This document shows, one piece after another, positions 20,850 to 31,166 of a stretch of DNA of 64,000 nucleotides. Both the position numbers and the translations under genes were made by a program. Origin of the DNA: Candidatus Cloacimonadales bacterium (GTDB lineage Bacteria; Cloacimonadota; Cloacimonadia; Cloacimonadales; JAFGVF01); contig OY782781.1 in NCBI GenBank assembly GCA_963678315.1, positions 2,208,001 to 2,272,000 on the forward strand, read 5' to 3'. Within the stretch, counting starts at the first letter, position 1, and each line of letters opens with the position of its first letter. The notes under the pieces are model-generated. The model did no database searches and was not told where the DNA came from. It worked only from the letters and a program-made list of their open reading frames with translations.

Positions 20850-22650
20850 TCCTAATTTAGAGCTAAAGCTAAGTAATCTACCAACCAATCCAGGAGTTTA
20901 TTTATGGAAAGATAAAACTGGAAAGGTCATATATGTTGGTAAGGCTAAAAATCTTAAAAACAGAGTTAAGTCTTATCTTCAATCAAAGAATAAAGATAGG
21001 AAGACCCGTCAACTTCAGAAACACATCTTTGACATTGATTATATTATAGTCTCTTCTGAGACAAATGCCCTTATTTTAGAGGCAACCATGATTAGGAAAT
21101 ATTCTCCTAAATATAATGTCATGCTTAAAGATGATAAACGCTATCCTTTCATCAAAGTTACAAATGATCCTTACCCTAAAGTATTAAAAACTAGAGAGCT
21201 TAAGAAAGATGGTTCCTCTTATTACGGGCCTTATTCTAAGTTTCCAGACATTAGGAGAATATTAAGGCTTCTAGAATGGATATTTCCTTTAAGAAATTGT
21301 AATAGGAAGATTCCTTTAGATGAAATTCTTTATAAGAAAGCTTGTATTAACTTTCAGCTAAAGAAATGTTTAGCTCCATGCATTGGGAATATATCTAATG
21401 ATGAATATATGAAAATAGTTAAGAATGTTAAAGACTTTCTATATGGTAAGCATACCCAAGTAATTGAACTTTTAAAACAAGAAATGCTAGATGCTTCTGA
21501 AAAGTTAGAATTCGAGAAGGCGGCTGAATTAAGAGATAAAATTGATGCTCTGGAGAAGTTCTCTGACAAACAAAATATGTTCTTTACAGATCTAAAGAAT
21601 CGAGATATAATAAGCATCTACAAAGAAGAGAGCATTGCAGCAGTAGTTGTTCTTAAGATGGTTGAAGGTAGAATCAATAATAAGGAGCTTTATCCTCTTA
21701 AGAACATAGATGATGAGTCAGAAGCTGATTTGTTATCTTACTTTATTAAAGATTACTATTCCCAGAGAGATAATCTTCCTTCAGATATTATTGTGCAACC
21801 TGAACCAGCTGATTTTGAAGCGATTAATACTTGGTTGAATAACAAACTTAAAGTTCCTCAAAAGGGTGAAAAGAATAAACTTTCAGTTATAGCAAGAAAG
21901 AATGCTTTCAGTTATGTAGAAGATAAAAAGCTTCAACATATTAGAAGTAAAAACAGAACCATTCTTCCTGTTCAAGAGCTTAAAGATTATCTAGATCTAC
22001 CAAAACTTCCGAGAAAGATGGTTTGCATGGATATTTCTACTATACAAGGTGAAGATACAGTTTCTTCAGCTGTTTACTTTGAGAATGGTAAGCCTCTAAA
22101 AAAGAAATACCGTCATTATATCATTAAGACTGTTCAAGGACAAGATGACTTTGCTTCAATGGCTGAAACAATGACTCGTTTCCTAGATAATTGCCGAAAA
22201 GACCCAGACATGACTCCTGACATGATTGTTATTGACGGAGGTAAGGGACAATTGAACTCGGCAGGTAAAATAATCCAAAATTACCTAGACTTGAATATAA
22301 CTTTAATCTCTCTTGCTAAGAGGGTCGAGGAAGTATTTATTTTAGGACATGAACAATCAATAATTCTACCTAAAACATCTACAGCCTTAAAACTGATAAC
22401 ACACATTAGAGATGAATCTCACAGATTTGCAATAACTTTCCACAGGAAAAGGCGTTCTTCACGAACTCTAATAAGTAAATTAGATAGTATTCCTGGAATC
22501 TCTGAAAAGCTTAAATTTGCATTACTAAACAGATTTGGTTCAGTTGCAAACATATCAACAGCTTCATTAGAACAAATAACAGAGATTAAAGGGATAGGCT
22601 TAAAAAGTGCTGAAACTATATTAAACTTCTTGAACAATAAGGATTTATAA
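20836..22650 (+). CDS. uvrC: Excinuclease ABC subunit C
   Basis: GIY-YIG motif PGVY...YVGKAKNLKNRV, DISTIQG, DGGKGQL, RDESHRFA, and HhH motifs. Confidence 0.97.
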   Translation: MIKINPNLELKLSNLPTNPGVYLWKDKTGKVIYVGKAKNLKNRVKSYLQSKNKDRKTRQLQKHIFDIDYIIVSSETNALILEATMIRKYSPKYNVMLKDDKRYPFIKVTNDPYPKVLKTRELKKDGSSYYGPYSKFPDIRRILRLLEWIFPLRNCNRKIPLDEILYKKACINFQLKKCLAPCIGNISNDEYMKIVKNVKDFLYGKHTQVIELLKQEMLDASEKLEFEKAAELRDKIDALEKFSDKQNMFFTDLKNRDIISIYKEESIAAVVVLKMVEGRINNKELYPLKNIDDESEADLLSYFIKDYYSQRDNLPSDIIVQPEPADFEAINTWLNNKLKVPQKGEKNKLSVIARKNAFSYVEDKKLQHIRSKNRTILPVQELKDYLDLPKLPRKMVCMDISTIQGEDTVSSAVYFENGKPLKKKYRHYIIKTVQGQDDFASMAETMTRFLDNCRKDPDMTPDMIVIDGGKGQLNSAGKIIQNYLDLNITLISLAKRVEEVFILGHEQSIILPKTSTALKLITHIRDESHRFAITFHRKRRSSRTLISKLDSIPGISEKLKFALLNRFGSVANISTASLEQITEIKGIGLKSAETILNFLNNKDL

Positions 22651-24651
22651 ATGGATTTTAAACTTGTTTCTAAATACCAACCTCAAGGTGATCAACCACA
22701 AGCTATTGAACAACTTGTCAATGGTGTTAATAGAGGGGAACAATACCAAGTTTTATTAGGCGTTACTGGTTCTGGTAAAACTTTTACAATTGCTAACACA
22801 ATAGCTAAATTGAATAAACCAACTCTTGTACTTTCACATAATAAGACTCTTGCAGCACAGCTATATGGGGAACTAAAGCAGTTTTTCCCACATAACTCAG
22901 TTGAGTATTTTATTTCATACTACGATTACTATCAACCAGAAGCTTATATTCCAGGAAGAGATATTTTTATAGAAAAGGATTCAAGTATTAATGACCAGAT
23001 TGATAAGTTGCGTTTAAAAGCAACCATGTCGCTTATGGAGCGTTCTGATACGATAGTTGTTGCTTCTGTATCATGTATCTATGGTCTTGGTGTTCCTGAA
23101 GATTATAGAAAGGCAATGGTTAGAATATCTGTAGGTGATGAGATTGATCGTGATGAATTTCTTTTAAAACTAGTAAAAGCCCATTATGGAAGAAATGATA
23201 TAGCTTTTCAACGTGGAACCTTTCGTGTAAAAGGAGATACTGTAGATGTCTTCCCTGCTTATTTGGATAACTGCATTAGAATTGAGTTTTTTGGAGATGA
23301 AATCACTTCAATAACTAAACTAAATCCTATAAATAACAAGATAATATCAAAGCATGATGTTTATGCAGTTTATCCAGCTAATCACTTTGTTATGACAGAT
23401 GAACGACTACAAGGGGCAATGACTTCAATAAAAGAAGAATTAGATATTCAGCATAAGTTCTTCTTAGAAAATGAAAGATATGTTGAAGCCCAACGGATAA
23501 AACAAAGAACAGAATTTGATTTGGAAATGATTTCTGAGCTTGGTCATTGTTCAGGTATTGAGAATTACTCACGCCACATGACTGGAGCTCAAGCTGGCAT
23601 GCCCCCATTCACTCTTCTTGATTATTTTCCTGATGATTATTTGCTTGTTATAGATGAATCTCATGTTACCATACCGCAAACTCGGGCCATGTATGCAGGT
23701 GATTTTTCAAGAAAGAAGAATCTTGTCGAATATGGTTTTAGATTGCCTTCAGCTTATGACAACAGACCTTTAAAATTTGAAGAGTTCGAGAAACATCACA
23801 AGAATGTAATATTTCTCTCCGCTACTCCTGCTGATTATGAACTTGATAAAACATATGGTGAGGTTGTAGAACAGGTTATTCGTCCTACTGGACTTATTGA
23901 CCCTCAAATATATATTAAACCTGTTGATACACAAGTAGATGATTTACTTGAACAAATCAGAATTCATAAAGCTAAGAAACAAAGAGTACTAGTCACTACA
24001 TTAACAAAAAAGATGACTGAAGACCTTTCCACTTATCTTAAAAATGCTGGAATAAAATCAGATTATCTTCACAGTAATTTAAATTCTATTGAAAGAACCA
24101 AGGTAATTAGACAACTTAGATTGGGTGAAATTGATGTATTGGTAGGTGTTAACTTACTCAGAGAAGGTATTGATATGCCAGAAGTTGCTTTAGTAGCAAT
24201 TCTAGATGCAGATAAGGTTGGTTTCTTGAGATCAGCTCGCTCATTAATACAAACAGCAGGAAGAGCTGCGCGTAATGCTGAAGGTAAAGTAATTTTTTAT
24301 GCAGATAATATAACAGATGCTATTAAGAGAACTGTAGATGAAACTAATCGTAGAAGAGAAAAGCAAATTGCCTTTAATGAAGCAAACAATATAACACCGC
24401 AGACAATTTATAAGTCTGTTGAAGATATTATGGAATCTACTGCAGTTGCTGAAGGTTACCAAGGCTACTCTACTAAGAAAAAGAATAAAAAACGTTCTGC
24501 TAAAGAGGACTTCATGGAGTATCTTGATTTGGATAGTAAAGACAAAATTATTGACTTACTAAAGAAAGAAATGCGTGAGGCAGCTGGAGAGTTAGATTTT
24601 GAAAAAGCCGCTACTCTTCGTGATAGAATTGTTGAATTAGAGAATAGTTAG
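22651..24651 (+). CDS. uvrB: Excinuclease ABC subunit B
   Basis: [22 protein letters not shown], and C-terminal UVR domain. Confidence 0.98.
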   Translation: MDFKLVSKYQPQGDQPQAIEQLVNGVNRGEQYQVLLGVTGSGKTFTIANTIAKLNKPTLVLSHNKTLAAQLYGELKQFFPHNSVEYFISYYDYYQPEAYIPGRDIFIEKDSSINDQIDKLRLKATMSLMERSDTIVVASVSCIYGLGVPEDYRKAMVRISVGDEIDRDEFLLKLVKAHYGRNDIAFQRGTFRVKGDTVDVFPAYLDNCIRIEFFGDEITSITKLNPINNKIISKHDVYAVYPANHFVMTDERLQGAMTSIKEELDIQHKFFLENERYVEAQRIKQRTEFDLEMISELGHCSGIENYSRHMTGAQAGMPPFTLLDYFPDDYLLVIDESHVTIPQTRAMYAGDFSRKKNLVEYGFRLPSAYDNRPLKFEEFEKHHKNVIFLSATPADYELDKTYGEVVEQVIRPTGLIDPQIYIKPVDTQVDDLLEQIRIHKAKKQRVLVTTLTKKMTEDLSTYLKNAGIKSDYLHSNLNSIERTKVIRQLRLGEIDVLVGVNLLREGIDMPEVALVAILDADKVGFLRSARSLIQTAGRAARNAEGKVIFYADNITDAIKRTVDETNRRREKQIAFNEANNITPQTIYKSVEDIMESTAVAEGYQGYSTKKKNKKRSAKEDFMEYLDLDSKDKIIDLLKKEMREAAGELDFEKAATLRDRIVELENS

Positions 24652-24721
24652 AATTTACATATTTCATTATTACAAGTTGATTAATCCCAATGTATTAATT
24701 TATACTTGTTTTCCTCTTCTT

Positions 24722-24769
24722 CCTTAAGGGTCACCTTGAAAAAAAGCCGATTTTTCAAGGTGGCAAGTA
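24722..24769. repeat. REP-like hairpin, family A copy 2 (could also terminate uvrB)
   Basis: CTTAA-GG-GTCACCTTGAAAAA...TTTTTCAAGGTGGC-AAGTA. Confidence 0.65.
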
Positions 24770-24790
24770 AGGGACAAGTAAAATTGTAGA

Positions 24791-24981
24791 TTAAACCCAA
24801 ATAATACACTAGGACTTGAAAAATAGCACTATATTATTTGGCAATAATAACTTCCATAATCTCAACTAGAATATATATTATTCAAGCTTCGATTCTGTAA
24901 GCTATTTTGCTGAAAGACCGTGTCCGGCTTAGACGGAATCTGCACTATTTTCGTCAAACCTAATGCATCATCTGGGTTAAA
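24791..24981. repeat. ~190-bp dispersed element with imperfect terminal inverted repeats, family B copy 1 (MITE-like or structured ncRNA)
   Basis: Colinear with 43117-43317. Left end AACCCAAATAATACACTAGG matches the reverse complement of the right end, AACCCAGATGATGCATTAGG. Confidence 0.8.
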
Positions 24982-25077
24982 TTCTAAAAGTCTTTACTAA
25001 TTTGAAGAATATTTTTTATACAATAGGAATGTTATAAGTAAGTTGTTGATAGCTGAACTTATAATTTTCCCATAAAG

Positions 25078-25578
25078 TTACTTCATAGTATCACTTATTG
25101 TTGCAGACATTGAAGCTGGAAAGCTAACAACTAATACACGTTTTATGGATAATATTAAATCTTCTTGCCAAGGACATTGATTGATTAAAGTAAGCAAGAA
25201 AGCCACAATAAGTAAAGAAATAAAATATATTGATAAAACTCTTTTAAAATAGGAGAAAACATGATTTTTAAACATATACTTATAGAAGTTTAAATAAACA
25301 TAGAACCCTATGAAAACGAAAGAAGTTATACTCATAAATATTATATTTGGAAGAGGAAGTGTAGCTCCAAGATTCCATGCCTCTTCAGTAAATGCAACAG
25401 GTACAGCTAGAACTGATGCTCCGATGATTACCTGCATTAAATCTCTTGGTCTAAACTCAACCATGATAGGAGTTATATTATAATTAAGAAGTTCTCCATC
25501 TGAATCATATACAGGAGTAACTCTATTTAAATATCCATTGATTCTCTCTACTTTAGATACACCTATTCGTTCTTTCAT
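25078..25578 (-). CDS. DUF2391-family membrane protein
   Basis: DLMQVIIGASVLAVPVAFTEEAW motif and four TM segments. Confidence 0.8.
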   Translation of the reverse strand: MKERIGVSKVERINGYLNRVTPVYDSDGELLNYNITPIMVEFRPRDLMQVIIGASVLAVPVAFTEEAWNLGATLPLPNIIFMSITSFVFIGFYVYLNFYKYMFKNHVFSYFKRVLSIYFISLLIVAFLLTLINQCPWQEDLILSIKRVLVVSFPASMSATISDTMK

Positions 25579-25624
25579 AAATACCTCAAAATAAATAGCT
25601 AGAAGTTATATCATATAATATAAT

Positions 25625-26299
25625 TTAATTTTCGGATTTGTATTTGATAGGGTCTGTTAATCCAGCCTCTTCGAAAGCCTTTAATCTTAAGTAGCATGAA
25701 TCACAGCTTCCACAAGCCTCATTATTATCACGATAGCAACTCCAAGAATATTCAAAGGGAGCTTTTAGCTTAGCACCTAATTTTATAATTTCTGCTTTAC
25801 TTTTATGGATTATCGGGGTCATAATCTCAATTTTAGTTTCATCTTTAGTTCCAAGATCTATTGCCTTATTTAATGCATGATAAAAGCTTTCACGGCAATC
25901 AGGATAACCCGAACTATCTTCTTCCACAGCCCCAATATATATTCTATTAGCACCAATAACTTCAGCCCATGATGTTGCTATTACTATAAGATTCCCATTT
26001 CTGAAGGGAACATAAGTATTTGGAACTGAATTATCTGTTTCATCATGATCACTAATTGCCATAGATTTATCAATCAAACTAGTGCCCCCAATTGCTTTTA
26101 AATAATTCATATCGACATTAAGAACACCTGCCGGTTTATAATATTTAACTAAATTATCAAAACACTCTTTTTCCTTACTTTCAGTAAGTTGCCCATAGGA
26201 CGCATGCATGAAGTATATTTCATCATTATCTTGTTTAGCTAAGGCTGTTGTAACTAAACTATCCATTCCACCACTTAATAATATAATTGCTTTATTCAT
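25625..26299 (-). CDS. queC: 7-cyano-7-deazaguanine synthase
   Basis: SGGMDS, TYVPFRN, YPDCR, SCY...CGSCDSC. Start set at the TAATG overlap (26299). Confidence 0.96.
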   Translation of the reverse strand: MNKAIILLSGGMDSLVTTALAKQDNDEIYFMHASYGQLTESKEKECFDNLVKYYKPAGVLNVDMNYLKAIGGTSLIDKSMAISDHDETDNSVPNTYVPFRNGNLIVIATSWAEVIGANRIYIGAVEEDSSGYPDCRESFYHALNKAIDLGTKDETKIEIMTPIIHKSKAEIIKLGAKLKAPFEYSWSCYRDNNEACGSCDSCYLRLKAFEEAGLTDPIKYKSEN

Positions 26300-27237
26300 T
26301 AATCTTCCCACATTTTAAAATCAAATGAACTTTCAAGTTTATCTTCTAAAGAATCTTCCATTTTTGGAAAAAAGTCAATTCCAGTTCTTTCTTCAACAGT
26401 ATCTATGCTACAACAATAATATTCAATTTTCCCTTTGTTAAGTCCGTTAGAAAATATAAAAGCTATAGCTTTTTTATCTTCACCATAAGGATCTAAAACA
26501 ATCTTGTAGTAATATTTTGGTACTGAGACTTGAGATTTACCAATCTTGTTCCTAATACCATCTTTTAATATAGGACCAGTTACAACAATTAGTTCTTCAT
26601 TTGCTATCGCCCAATCTCTTACATTTGTTTCTAAATCTTTCCAAATCTTTCTATTCAAATCAGGAGCTTGTGGAGACATATTGCTCATATAGAAGCTCTC
26701 ATTCATGGCTTGCAGAGACCATCTATTATCTGCAGCGGGGCAAAGGTGTCCCCTATCATAACCAGAATTTTTATAATCATATTGATTAGCTGAAGATATT
26801 GTTTTAGAAGGATCCTTCTTAAAGTTGTTCTTTCTTTTTACGTCCTTAGCCTTAGCTTCTTCTGAAGTTAGTTCATAACAGACCCAATCAGCTTGCTCGT
26901 GCTCTTCATTATAAGCTAATGAATAAGCAAGATGTTCCACTAGGATATTGTCTTTTTTCAAAGTTGGATAAAAAAAGTCTAGATCATTGTACTTATCGTC
27001 ATCAGAGTTGACAGAATCAGATATTTGATGAACTTGATTTATAGCCTCATTTGAAACATTATTTAAAAATTCCTTTACTTTTTCATTGTTGTGCCAATAG
27101 AAAATAGAAATTGCAATTAAAGCACTAAAAAGAGCAGCTATATTGAGTTTTTTACCCAGAGACATTTTCTTTGAAGATTTTTGAGAAGTCTTTTTCTTTG
27201 CTTTAGTAGCTTTATTTGTTTTTTTTGTACTAGCCAT
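26299..27237 (-). CDS. Membrane-anchored DNA/RNA non-specific endonuclease (NucA/EndoG family)
   Basis: SGYDRGHLCPAAD and SNMSPQ...NRKIW motifs; basic N-terminus followed by one TM segment. Confidence 0.93.
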   Translation of the reverse strand: MASTKKTNKATKAKKKTSQKSSKKMSLGKKLNIAALFSALIAISIFYWHNNEKVKEFLNNVSNEAINQVHQISDSVNSDDDKYNDLDFFYPTLKKDNILVEHLAYSLAYNEEHEQADWVCYELTSEEAKAKDVKRKNNFKKDPSKTISSANQYDYKNSGYDRGHLCPAADNRWSLQAMNESFYMSNMSPQAPDLNRKIWKDLETNVRDWAIANEELIVVTGPILKDGIRNKIGKSQVSVPKYYYKIVLDPYGEDKKAIAFIFSNGLNKGKIEYYCCSIDTVEERTGIDFFPKMEDSLEDKLESSFDFKMWED

Positions 27238-27239
27238 AA

Positions 27240-28508
27240 TTAATCCATATAATATACTGCTTCTATAGGGTTTACTTTAGAAGCTTTTATTGCTGGGTAT
27301 AAACCAGATATAACACCGATAACAAAAGCAAAAGCAAGTCCAATAAGAACACCTTGTAAAGGTAATCCCAAAGACATTTTCATACCTTTACCAATTAATG
27401 TAACAATTAGTTTAGCTAAGCCTATTCCTATACCGGCTCCAAGAGATGTTAAAACAACAGCCTCAGAAATTAGTAACATAAATATATCAAAATTTGTTGC
27501 TCCAATACTTTTTCTAATACCAATTTCATTCATTCTTTCCGAAATTGAAATAAGCAATGTAGAGAATAAGCCAATTCCTCCAACAAGTAAAGAAACAGTA
27601 GCAATAGCCATCAAAATAGTGTTCCATTTTTTTATTTGGTCATTGAACTGCTGAGTAAACTGAAGTATGTCTTTAGATATATCAGTAAATTGAAAAGATT
27701 CAACCATACTATGAGATGCTAAAAGTAGTTGTCTTGCTGTATTCATGTTCAGATTGTAATCATTTTCATTTTTTGACTGAATATAGATACTATTTACACT
27801 ATTGTTTTCTGTATAATTTTGGGCACCTGTAGAAAGAGGTATATAGATAGATTTCATATCCCATCTTTTTTGCCAAGAAGACCAATCAAAGCTACTTTGA
27901 GATTCATCAGTTTCTGCACCAAGAATACCCACAATAATATATCGATTATCACCTAAAGTTAACTTTTCACCAATAATCGGCATTTGACTAGACATGTTCT
28001 CTTTCCAGAAAGTCTCACCAATGAGACAAACATTAGAAGCTTTTTTGTGCTCAATCCTATTAAACATTCTACCCTTAATAATACCATATTCTTTAAAATC
28101 GAAGTAATCATTGTTGGTAGCTTTTATACTTGTCCAGCGAGCCATCTTACTTTGTCGATCAAATTGAGTAGTTTCTACCATCCCATACATATATTTGAAA
28201 TCTAATTCTGAACGCAACATTCTATAATCATCAAGATTTATTGGTGTAGCCTCGCGGACTTCAGTTCGTCTACGTCTTCTCCATCTGCCTTGTGACTCTT
28301 CATCTTGCTTAGGAATTATTTCAAAAGAATTATTCCATCCCATTTTACCAATATTCTCATCCATAGACTTCTTTACACCATCTACAGCAGAAAACATTGA
28401 CACTACAGCCATCACACCTATAATAATGCCCAACAAAGTCAGAAGTGTCCTAATTTTATGTGATAAAATAATTGCTAAACTACTTCTGACGTTATCTATA
28501 AGATACAT
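27240..28508 (-). CDS. MacB/FtsX-family ABC permease (no adjacent ATPase)
   Basis: RTLLTLLGIIIGV and ERMNEIGIRKSIGA motifs. Start set at the TAATG overlap with the topA stop. Confidence 0.9.
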   Translation of the reverse strand: MYLIDNVRSSLAIILSHKIRTLLTLLGIIIGVMAVVSMFSAVDGVKKSMDENIGKMGWNNSFEIIPKQDEESQGRWRRRRRTEVREATPINLDDYRMLRSELDFKYMYGMVETTQFDRQSKMARWTSIKATNNDYFDFKEYGIIKGRMFNRIEHKKASNVCLIGETFWKENMSSQMPIIGEKLTLGDNRYIIVGILGAETDESQSSFDWSSWQKRWDMKSIYIPLSTGAQNYTENNSVNSIYIQSKNENDYNLNMNTARQLLLASHSMVESFQFTDISKDILQFTQQFNDQIKKWNTILMAIATVSLLVGGIGLFSTLLISISERMNEIGIRKSIGATNFDIFMLLISEAVVLTSLGAGIGIGLAKLIVTLIGKGMKMSLGLPLQGVLIGLAFAFVIGVISGLYPAIKASKVNPIEAVYYMD

Positions 28509-30727
28509 TAATGTATTTCCTCTCCACATTTTGGGCAAACTAAATGTTTACCTTTTGCTTTAGTATACTTTTCTTCTACATAATAATTACCACAGCTTGG
28601 ACACTCTGTTGCTACAGGTTTATTCCATGATACAAACTTACATTCAGGATAATTTGTACAACTATAGAATGTCTTACCTCTTTTTGAACGTTTCATAGTA
28701 ATCATTCCATCTTCACATTCTGGGCATTTAACACCTGTATCGAGAGGTTTAGTAAATTTACATTCTGGATAATTAGAACAAGCAATAAACTTGCCATATC
28801 GTCCATTCTTTAAAACTAAACCAGAACCACATTCAGGGCACTTTTCATCGAGAGTCTTCTCTTTTTCTACAACTATTTTACCTTCTTCATCACGATGGAA
28901 ATTCTTAATTGATTTACACTCAGGATAGTTTGAACAACCAAGGAACTCTCCTTGTCTTCCCCACCTGATAATGTAATGTCCTTCTTCACATTCTTCACAT
29001 TTGATATCAGTATGTTCTAGGAATTTCTCTTTTTCTTCTTTAATATTAACAGATTCTATCAGTTTAATGAGCTCATTGTAGTACTTTTCTAGAATCTCTT
29101 CCATTCCAACACCACCTGATTCAATTTCATCAAGTTTACGTTCCATATCAGCAGTAAATAGAACATTAAAAGTTGAATCAAACTTACCGCTTAAGAAAGT
29201 GTTTACTTTTGTACCTAAGTCAGTAGGATGAAGTAATCTTTCAATTAATGATACATATTTTCTGTCTGTGATAGTTGAAATGATTGCTGAGTAAGTTGAA
29301 GGTCTTCCTATTTCTTTAGCTTCAAGTTCTTTAATTAACGAAGCTTCAGAGTATCTTGAAGGTGCTTGTGTAAATTTTTGTTGTGGTGAAATATCGTTTA
29401 TTTCTAATAAATCATTAATTTGATAATTAGGATCAATCAATTCTCCCAACGAAGTTGAAACATATTGATAAGCAAGGGTAAAGCCCTTATCAAGAATAAC
29501 AGAACCTTTTGTGGTAAATTCAGCAATTCCTGCTTCAACCAAGACTTTTACATTCTCAAGTTTCATTGGAATCATTTGAGTAGCAACAAATCTATTCCAG
29601 ATAAGACTATACAACCTAAACTGTTCAGGTGTTAACGAAGCTTTTATTGATTCAGGAGTTTTATAAACATCGGTAGGTCTGATTGCTTCATGAGCATCTT
29701 GTGCTTTAGATTTAGTCTTATAATTACGAACTGTTGGATTAAGCTTTTCAGCTCCAAAACGTTCTTTAATTAAACTTCTACAAGATTCTTTCGCTTCATC
29801 AGCAATTCTTAGAGAGTCAGTTCTCATATAAGTTATCAAACCGCTATGCTCTCCATTAATAGAAATGCCTTCATACAATTCTTGAGCTATTCTCATTGTT
29901 CTTTTAGGACTAAATTTAGATATTCTTGAAGCATCTTGTTGTAATGTAGAAGTTATATAAGGTGCAGGAGGATTAACACTCTTTTTATTTTTAACTATAT
30001 CCAAGAGTTTTGCTTGGGACTTTTGAATCCCTTCAACAATAGCAAGAGCTTCTTTTTCATTAGCAACTTTTTGCTTCTTACCGTTAATTTTGGTGAGTTC
30101 TCCTGAAAAATCAGCTAATTGGTCTTTCCAAAACTTTGCTGAAATCTTCCAATACTCTTCAGGAACAAAAGCATTTATTTCTTCTTCTTTTTCACATATC
30201 AATCTAAGAGCAACAGACTGTACTCTACCAGCACTTAGTTCTTTAGCGATAACTTTCCAAAGAATAGGACTAACCTTATAGCCAACTATTCTATCAAGAA
30301 TTCTCCTCGCTTGTTGAGCATTAACTTTATCCATATCAATATTACCAGGATTTTTAATAGCTTCTCTAATAGCTTTTTTGGTAATTTCATTAAAAGTAAT
30401 TCTATGAACAGGCTTTCCTTTAATCTCTTTCTTTAGCAACTCTTGTAAATGCCATGCAATTGCTTCCCCTTCTCTATCATGGTCACTTGCTAAATATATT
30501 TCAGGTGCATCTTTAGCTTTGCTTTTTAACTCTTTTACTATCTTAGTCTTTGTTCTATCAGTTACATATCTTGCTTCAAAATTCTTTTCTACATTGATAC
30601 CTAAAGTTGTTTTAGGTAAATCTCTAATATGCCCCATTGAAGCAGCAATTGTATATTTATTATCTAAGAATTTACTTATTGTCTTTGCTTTGGCAGGTGA
30701 CTCCACAATAATCAGTTTTTTAGCCAT
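28508..30727 (-). CDS. topA: DNA topoisomerase I with C-terminal zinc ribbons
   Basis: IVESPAKAKTI, DHDREGEAI, SAGRVQS, catalytic ITYMRTD, and repeated C4 ribbons. Confidence 0.98.
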   Translation of the reverse strand: MAKKLIIVESPAKAKTISKFLDNKYTIAASMGHIRDLPKTTLGINVEKNFEARYVTDRTKTKIVKELKSKAKDAPEIYLASDHDREGEAIAWHLQELLKKEIKGKPVHRITFNEITKKAIREAIKNPGNIDMDKVNAQQARRILDRIVGYKVSPILWKVIAKELSAGRVQSVALRLICEKEEEINAFVPEEYWKISAKFWKDQLADFSGELTKINGKKQKVANEKEALAIVEGIQKSQAKLLDIVKNKKSVNPPAPYITSTLQQDASRISKFSPKRTMRIAQELYEGISINGEHSGLITYMRTDSLRIADEAKESCRSLIKERFGAEKLNPTVRNYKTKSKAQDAHEAIRPTDVYKTPESIKASLTPEQFRLYSLIWNRFVATQMIPMKLENVKVLVEAGIAEFTTKGSVILDKGFTLAYQYVSTSLGELIDPNYQINDLLEINDISPQQKFTQAPSRYSEASLIKELEAKEIGRPSTYSAIISTITDRKYVSLIERLLHPTDLGTKVNTFLSGKFDSTFNVLFTADMERKLDEIESGGVGMEEILEKYYNELIKLIESVNIKEEKEKFLEHTDIKCEECEEGHYIIRWGRQGEFLGCSNYPECKSIKNFHRDEEGKIVVEKEKTLDEKCPECGSGLVLKNGRYGKFIACSNYPECKFTKPLDTGVKCPECEDGMITMKRSKRGKTFYSCTNYPECKFVSWNKPVATECPSCGNYYVEEKYTKAKGKHLVCPKCGEEIH

Positions 30728-30734
30728 TTTTCCT

Positions 30735-31166
30735 CTAGTGTTCGTATTTGAAAATACTATTTATATTTTTTCCATTATCTGTTAAAAGTGTTTCTATAAA
30801 GTCTTTCATTGAAGCTTGATCTACTTCTGCAAAATTAACCATAGTTATAATCTTATCCATTTTTAATTTTGAAACTGGTTGATCTGTATTGAAATAAAGA
30901 TGTAAACATAGTTGAAGTATCTTCTCTAAGCTAACATCATCTATAGAATTTATATTATACATATTCATCAGATACCCATAAGCTTTCACAGTCATTGCTC
31001 TTGATTCAATAATATCAAGTGTTCTATGGTATTTTTTCTTTACATCTTCCTTGGATATATGTTTCTTTACTAAGTCTATGAGTTGATCTTCTGTTAATCC
31101 ATCAAGAAAATCTTCTTCAAATATATGCATCAAACTCTTCTTTAGTACATCCAAACTTTTCTTCAT
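30735..31166 (-). CDS. Divergent Smg/DUF494-like protein
   Basis: Position immediately upstream of topA; R-x5-E...AYGYL...LEKIL pattern and terminal His resemble DUF494. Confidence 0.55.
   Translation of the reverse strand: MKKSLDVLKKSLMHIFEEDFLDGLTEDQLIDLVKKHISKEDVKKKYHRTLDIIESRAMTVKAYGYLMNMYNINSIDDVSLEKILQLCLHLYFNTDQPVSKLKMDKIITMVNFAEVDQASMKDFIETLLTDNGKNINSIFKYEH

Noticed and set aside
25625..27237. queC next to a nuclease as a possible anti-phage or DNA-modification system (Qat, CBASS IV, Dpd)
   Set aside because: QueC is canonical in length and motifs and lies in a housekeeping run with topA/secA. There is no TGT/DpdA, cyclase, TatD or ATPase partner, and the nuclease is membrane-anchored.
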